From: Candidatus Binatia bacterium
GTDB lineage: Bacteria > Desulfobacterota > Binatia > UBA9968 > JAJDTQ01
Assembly (NCBI GenBank): GCA_963666515.2
Contig: OY762897.2
Location: 1,760,001 to 1,824,000, forward strand
DNA length: 64,000 bases
Direction: 5' to 3'
Part shown: positions 58,099 to 64,000 of the stretch, piece by piece
Position numbering within the stretch: the first letter of the stretch is position 1
Layout of the letters: each line of letters begins with the position of its first letter
Notes under the pieces: generated by a model
Seen by the model: the letters and a program-made list of their open reading frames with translations, nothing else
Database searches by the model: none
Told to the model about the DNA's origin: nothing
Program-made: the position numbers and the translations under genes

Positions 58099-60517
58099 GA
58101 ATCTTCCGGCACTCCTGCTGACGCCGTTGCTGCGGCTGATGGCGCGCAGGAACCTCCCGAAACGCCAGGGCACGGTCCAGCTCCCGGGCCTCCACAAAGA
58201 CGTCCAGGTCCGCTGGGACCCCTTTGCGATACCCCATATTTCCGCCGAGAACGAGACCGACCTGTTCTTCGCCCAAGGGTACCTGCACGCCCAGGACCGC
58301 CTGTGGCAAATGGACCTCAACCGGCGCTTCTTCAGCGGCCGGCTGGCCGAGGTCTTCGGCGACAGGCCGCTGCTGCGGGGCGATTTCACGCGGCACCTGC
58401 GATCCAGCAACATGGCGGGTGTCGACCACTTCATCCGCCTGCTCGGTCTCAGGCATACGGCAACGCTCTCGCTGCCGCTGCTGTCGGAGCGATCGGCCTG
58501 GGCCGTCGAGGCCTACTGCGCCGGCGTCAACGCCTACATGGACCGGCCGCGGCGCCGCCTGCCCGTGGAGTACCGGCTGCTCCGCCACCAGCCCGCCCCG
58601 TGGGAACCGGCCGACTGCCTGGTGCTCGTCAAGGGCTTCGCGCTGATGCTCTCGTCGGCCCTCGTCACACGGCTCACCTTTCTAGCACTCCACGGCCGCC
58701 TGGAGAACGACCCCGACAAGCTGCGCTCCCTGATGCCGCGTTATCCGTCCTGGGGGCCCACCACGACCCGCGCCCTGGCGGACCACGGCGCCGCGCTGCT
58801 CCGCTTCGTCAACGACAGCTTCGCCGACAACCCCTTGACCCCCAGGGGCCAGGGCAGCAACGGCTGGGCCGTCGACGCCGCGCATTCGGGCGAGGACCAT
58901 GCGCTCCTGTGCAACGACATGCACCTGCGGATGACGCTGCCCGGCGTCTGGTATCTGAATCACCTGCGGACCGAATCCGAAGCCGCCGGGACTCAACCCT
59001 TCGAGGCGTCGGGCGTATCGCTGCCGGGATCACCTCTCGTCTGCGTCGGCCACAACCAGGACATTGCCTGGGGCTTCATCGCCGCCCTGTGCGATGACGG
59101 CGACCTCTACCGGGAGCGGATTCATCCCGAAGAGCCGGAGCTGTACCGCACGCCGGACGGCTGGGCCAAGTTCGAGCGCCGGCCCGAAACCATCACGGTC
59201 CGTGGCGGCCGCCCGGTGGAAGTCGTGATCCGGCACACCCGGCACGGCCCGGTGCTGTCGGACATCCTTCCGCCACAGACACACGATCCTGACGGTCCGG
59301 ACCGGGAGGTGCTGTCGTTCCAATGGATCGCACACACGCCGGGAAACGAGCTGGGGCTGCTGGACGGCGTCAACCGGGCACGCGACTGGAGCGAATTTCT
59401 GTCGGGCATGGCGCATCATGTCACGCCCTCGCTCAACTGCGTCTACGCCGACAACCGTGGCAACATCGGCTACACCCTGATCGGTCAAGTGCCGTTGCGT
59501 GCACGCCAGGAACCCTCGTGGCTGCCACTGGAAGGGTGGAACGCGGCCCATGACTGGACCAGCACCATCCCCTTCGAAGAGGTGCCGCGCCTCTACAACC
59601 CGCCCGGGGGCCTCGTCGCCAATGCCAACAACCGCGTCGCGGACACGGGCTACCCCTACTACCTGTCCGACCTGTTCGAGCCCCCGTACCGCATCGAGCG
59701 CATCCGCCATCTGCTCACGCGCCAGAAGCGCATGGACATGGAAACCATGGCCCGGATCCAGCTCGACACCCGGTCGGTCCAGGCCGAACGGCTCTTGAAC
59801 GCCCTGCGCCCCGAGCTGCGCGAGATCGCCCGCGAAGAGCCGTCCTTACGCCTCTGTGTGGAACTGCTGGAGGAATGGGACTACGACTGCCACGCCGAAT
59901 CCGCAGGCTCCGCCCTCTTCCACGTCCTCTACCACCGGCTCATGCGGAACATCTGGGAAAAGGACCTCGGCGAGGAGTTGTTCCAGAGCTACGCGGAGAT
60001 CCTGAACCAGGCGGTGGCGCCCTTCGACGACATCCTGGTGGACCCCGGGTCCGTGTGGTTCAAAGACACCTCCCGCAAGGAGGTGCTCGCGGCGAGCCTC
60101 CGGGAAGCCCAGGCCGAACTCGCGAAGCAGCAGGGTCCCGACCCTGCCAAATGGTCCTGGGGCCGTCTCCACACCCTCACGCTGGCCCACGCCCTGGGAA
60201 ACAACAAGTGGCTGGCCCCGTTCTTCTCGCTCGGCCCCTACCCCGTCAACGGCGACGGTGTCACCGTCAGCAACTCCTACTACCGCCACTCCCGCCCCTA
60301 CGATCAGGCCGTCGGCGCATCCATGCGGATGCTGGTGACACTGAGCGACCCGATCCGCTCAAGCTTCGTTATCGTACCGGGCCAAGCGGGTAATCCGGTA
60401 TCGCCGCACTACCGCGACCAAGTCGAGCCGTGGCGCACCGGCCGGACAATCCCTTTCACTGGGTTCGAGACGAAGATGAAAGACTGGCTCCTGCTGTTGC
60501 TACGGTCAGGGGCGTGA
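58097..60517 (+). CDS. Penicillin acylase family (Ntn-hydrolase) protein
   Basis: IPHISA, AQGYLHAQDRLWQMD, GSNGW (Ser nucleophile), NDMHL, TRHGPV, ANN, GQAG...HYRDQ. Confidence 0.92.
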   Translation: MNLPALLLTPLLRLMARRNLPKRQGTVQLPGLHKDVQVRWDPFAIPHISAENETDLFFAQGYLHAQDRLWQMDLNRRFFSGRLAEVFGDRPLLRGDFTRHLRSSNMAGVDHFIRLLGLRHTATLSLPLLSERSAWAVEAYCAGVNAYMDRPRRRLPVEYRLLRHQPAPWEPADCLVLVKGFALMLSSALVTRLTFLALHGRLENDPDKLRSLMPRYPSWGPTTTRALADHGAALLRFVNDSFADNPLTPRGQGSNGWAVDAAHSGEDHALLCNDMHLRMTLPGVWYLNHLRTESEAAGTQPFEASGVSLPGSPLVCVGHNQDIAWGFIAALCDDGDLYRERIHPEEPELYRTPDGWAKFERRPETITVRGGRPVEVVIRHTRHGPVLSDILPPQTHDPDGPDREVLSFQWIAHTPGNELGLLDGVNRARDWSEFLSGMAHHVTPSLNCVYADNRGNIGYTLIGQVPLRARQEPSWLPLEGWNAAHDWTSTIPFEEVPRLYNPPGGLVANANNRVADTGYPYYLSDLFEPPYRIERIRHLLTRQKRMDMETMARIQLDTRSVQAERLLNALRPELREIAREEPSLRLCVELLEEWDYDCHAESAGSALFHVLYHRLMRNIWEKDLGEELFQSYAEILNQAVAPFDDILVDPGSVWFKDTSRKEVLAASLREAQAELAKQQGPDPAKWSWGRLHTLTLAHALGNNKWLAPFFSLGPYPVNGDGVTVSNSYYRHSRPYDQAVGASMRMLVTLSDPIRSSFVIVPGQAGNPVSPHYRDQVEPWRTGRTIPFTGFETKMKDWLLLLLRSGA

Positions 60518-60620
60518 GATCGATTTATGGAACACAAATTTTCTAAATCGCTTGAAATCTGCTAGAATGATCTATAAATAAGGCATGGAGCCGCCTTGAA
60601 ATCTATTGATGGAACAAAAC

Positions 60621-60959
60621 ATGGCAAAGCCCACGCACAGAAGCTATTCCCGCTATGCCCGCGAAGCCGCCGAGCTTCTCGGGCTGATGATCCGTAACGC
60701 GCGCATCGAACGCGACATCACAGTCGCCGATGTCGCCGAACGCGCCGGGACTTCGCGCGGCCTCGTGCATCGTATCGAAAAAGGCGAAATGGGCTCCTCC
60801 ATCGGTGCGGCCTTCGAGATAGCCGCCATTGTCGGGCTGCGCCTGTTCGAAGCCGAACCGACAACGCTGACGCGCCATTTGTCGATGGAACGCGACAAGC
60901 TCACCATGCTGCCGCAATCCGTCCGCACGGGAACGACGAAGGTGAAAGATGACTTCTGA
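60621..60959 (+). CDS. XRE HTH antitoxin (HipB-like)
   Basis: VADVAERAGTSRGLVHRIEKG HTH; overlaps the start of the HipA-like gene. Confidence 0.85.
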   Translation: MAKPTHRSYSRYAREAAELLGLMIRNARIERDITVADVAERAGTSRGLVHRIEKGEMGSSIGAAFEIAAIVGLRLFEAEPTTLTRHLSMERDKLTMLPQSVRTGTTKVKDDF

Positions 60960-62226
60960 TCAGCGCGACACGAAAGCGCCGGAGGAAGCCTATGTTTGGA
61001 TATGGCTGCCCGGCACGACGGCACCGGTCGTCGCCGGTCGAATCGCGCGTGACGGGGAGCGGCTGATCTTCAACTACGGTCAGAGCTATCTGGACCGGAA
61101 TGACCGCATTCCGATCTACGAGCCGGAACTGCCGTTGCGCAGCGGAGCGATTGCGCCCAAAGTCGGGCTGAGCATGGCCGGATGCCTGCGCGACGCCGCG
61201 CCGGATGCGTGGGGCCGTCGCGTCATCCTGAACCGGACCTTCGGACGCAAGGGCAAGGATGTCGACACCGCTGAGCTCGACGAGCTGACCTATCTACTGG
61301 AGTCCGGCTCCGACCGAATCGGCGCTCTGGACTTCCAGCACTCTCCTTCCGAGTACGTGCCGCGGGCCGTTCAAGCCGCGACGCTCGAAGAGTTGCTGAG
61401 CGCCGCCGAGAAAGTCGAGAATGGCGTGCCGCTGACGCCCGATCTCGATCAGGCTCTGATCCACGGTACGTCGCTCGGGGGTGCGCGCCCGAAGGCGATG
61501 ATCCAGGATGGCAACACAAAGATGATCGCCAAGTTCTCGTCTTCGACTGACACCTACAACGCGGTGAAAGCGGAATATGTGGCCATGCGCCTTGCTGCCA
61601 AGGCGGGGCTTGACGTCGCCCCCGTGCGTCTTGCGGACGTCGCTGGCAAGGACGTGCTGCTGGTCGAGCGTTTCGACCGCCCAAAGACGACAGACGGCTG
61701 GACACGCAAGGCGATGGTCTCGGCGCTGACGCTGTTCGTTCTTGATGAGATGATGGCGCGTTACGCCAGTTATGAAGACCTTGCAGAAATCATCCGGCAC
61801 CGCTTCACCTCGCCGAAGGCGACGTTGCACGAGCTGTACGGACGGCTCGTGTTCAACATCCTGTGCGGCAATACCGACGACCACGCCCGCAACCATGCGG
61901 GCTTCTGGGACGGCGAACACCTGACCCTGACGCCTGCCTATGACATTTGCCCGCAAAGCCGTTCTGGCAATGTAGCCAGCCAAGCGATGCTGATCGTAGG
62001 AGATAATCGGTCGAGCACACTTGCGATCTGCCTGGAGGCCGCGCCCAATTTCCAGCTCAGCGACAAAGCGGCGAAGAACATCATCGACCGGCAGATCGGC
62101 ACAATCCGGGATGCATGGGACGACATCTGTAAAGAAGCCGCATTGACCGAAGTCGAACGCAACCTGTTCGGTCAGCGCATCTTTCTGAATGACTATATCT
62201 TCGAAGGCACGGAAGGCCTGTGGTAA
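60949..62226 (+). CDS. hipA: HipA family kinase toxin
   Basis: DAAPDAWGR, DRIGALDF, SLGGARPK, LLVERFDR, NTDDHARN, LTPAYD. Confidence 0.92.
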   Translation: MTSDQRDTKAPEEAYVWIWLPGTTAPVVAGRIARDGERLIFNYGQSYLDRNDRIPIYEPELPLRSGAIAPKVGLSMAGCLRDAAPDAWGRRVILNRTFGRKGKDVDTAELDELTYLLESGSDRIGALDFQHSPSEYVPRAVQAATLEELLSAAEKVENGVPLTPDLDQALIHGTSLGGARPKAMIQDGNTKMIAKFSSSTDTYNAVKAEYVAMRLAAKAGLDVAPVRLADVAGKDVLLVERFDRPKTTDGWTRKAMVSALTLFVLDEMMARYASYEDLAEIIRHRFTSPKATLHELYGRLVFNILCGNTDDHARNHAGFWDGEHLTLTPAYDICPQSRSGNVASQAMLIVGDNRSSTLAICLEAAPNFQLSDKAAKNIIDRQIGTIRDAWDDICKEAALTEVERNLFGQRIFLNDYIFEGTEGLW

Positions 62227-62283
62227 CCGGCTGGCCACCTTAAAACATGAGGTGCCTATCTCTTGCCAACGAGGCCTGGACGC

Positions 62284-64000
<1,717 letters not shown>

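Overview
High-GC bacterial window. Its gene content resembles uncultured Binatia/Deltaproteobacteria-like symbiont genomes, but that taxonomy is inference only. Layout: (1) 1-24.8 kb is a mostly minus-strand aromatic-acid catabolic region: 3 UbiD decarboxylases (one frameshifted), 2 phthalate-4,5-dioxygenase-type Rieske oxygenases each paired with a Gfo/Idh/MocA dehydrogenase, 2 bicupins, a LigB-type extradiol dioxygenase, an atypical PanB, tandem Uma2 nucleases, an ABC binding protein plus permease, mhpD/F/E, and two Asp/Glu-racemase-fold proteins. (2) 25-31 kb holds a Mo-hydroxylase large subunit, an extended ferredoxin, small proteins, an AlbA_2 pseudogene and trmI. (3) 31.3-44.5 kb is a defence island that looks less GC-rich by eye, with the known Mza system (ankyrin-sigma, GHKL ATPase, Z1, DUF4420, AIPR) plus vsr and a C5 methyltransferase. 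mzaD is frameshifted and mzaC is split by a 1,867-bp element. (4) 44.5-64 kb has housekeeping and accessory genes (MFS, tRNA-Ser, dtd, trmL, NEW3-ABC, coxGMS-like, rpoH, RidA, LLM, amidohydrolase, pgpA, penicillin acylase, hipBA, partial nrdJ). The best candidate for an undescribed system is the element in mzaC (36292-38158). It has no terminal inverted repeats and (CG)CTAG at both junctions, and removing it restores the host reading frame exactly. It ends in a GCGAAGC mini-hairpin, carries a multi-hairpin cloverleaf leader, and encodes one 535-aa protein with a Rep_trans-like YxK...RxE motif and a C-terminal wHTH, which suggests a rolling-circle/ssDNA transposon. All calls come from reading the sequence; no database searches were run.
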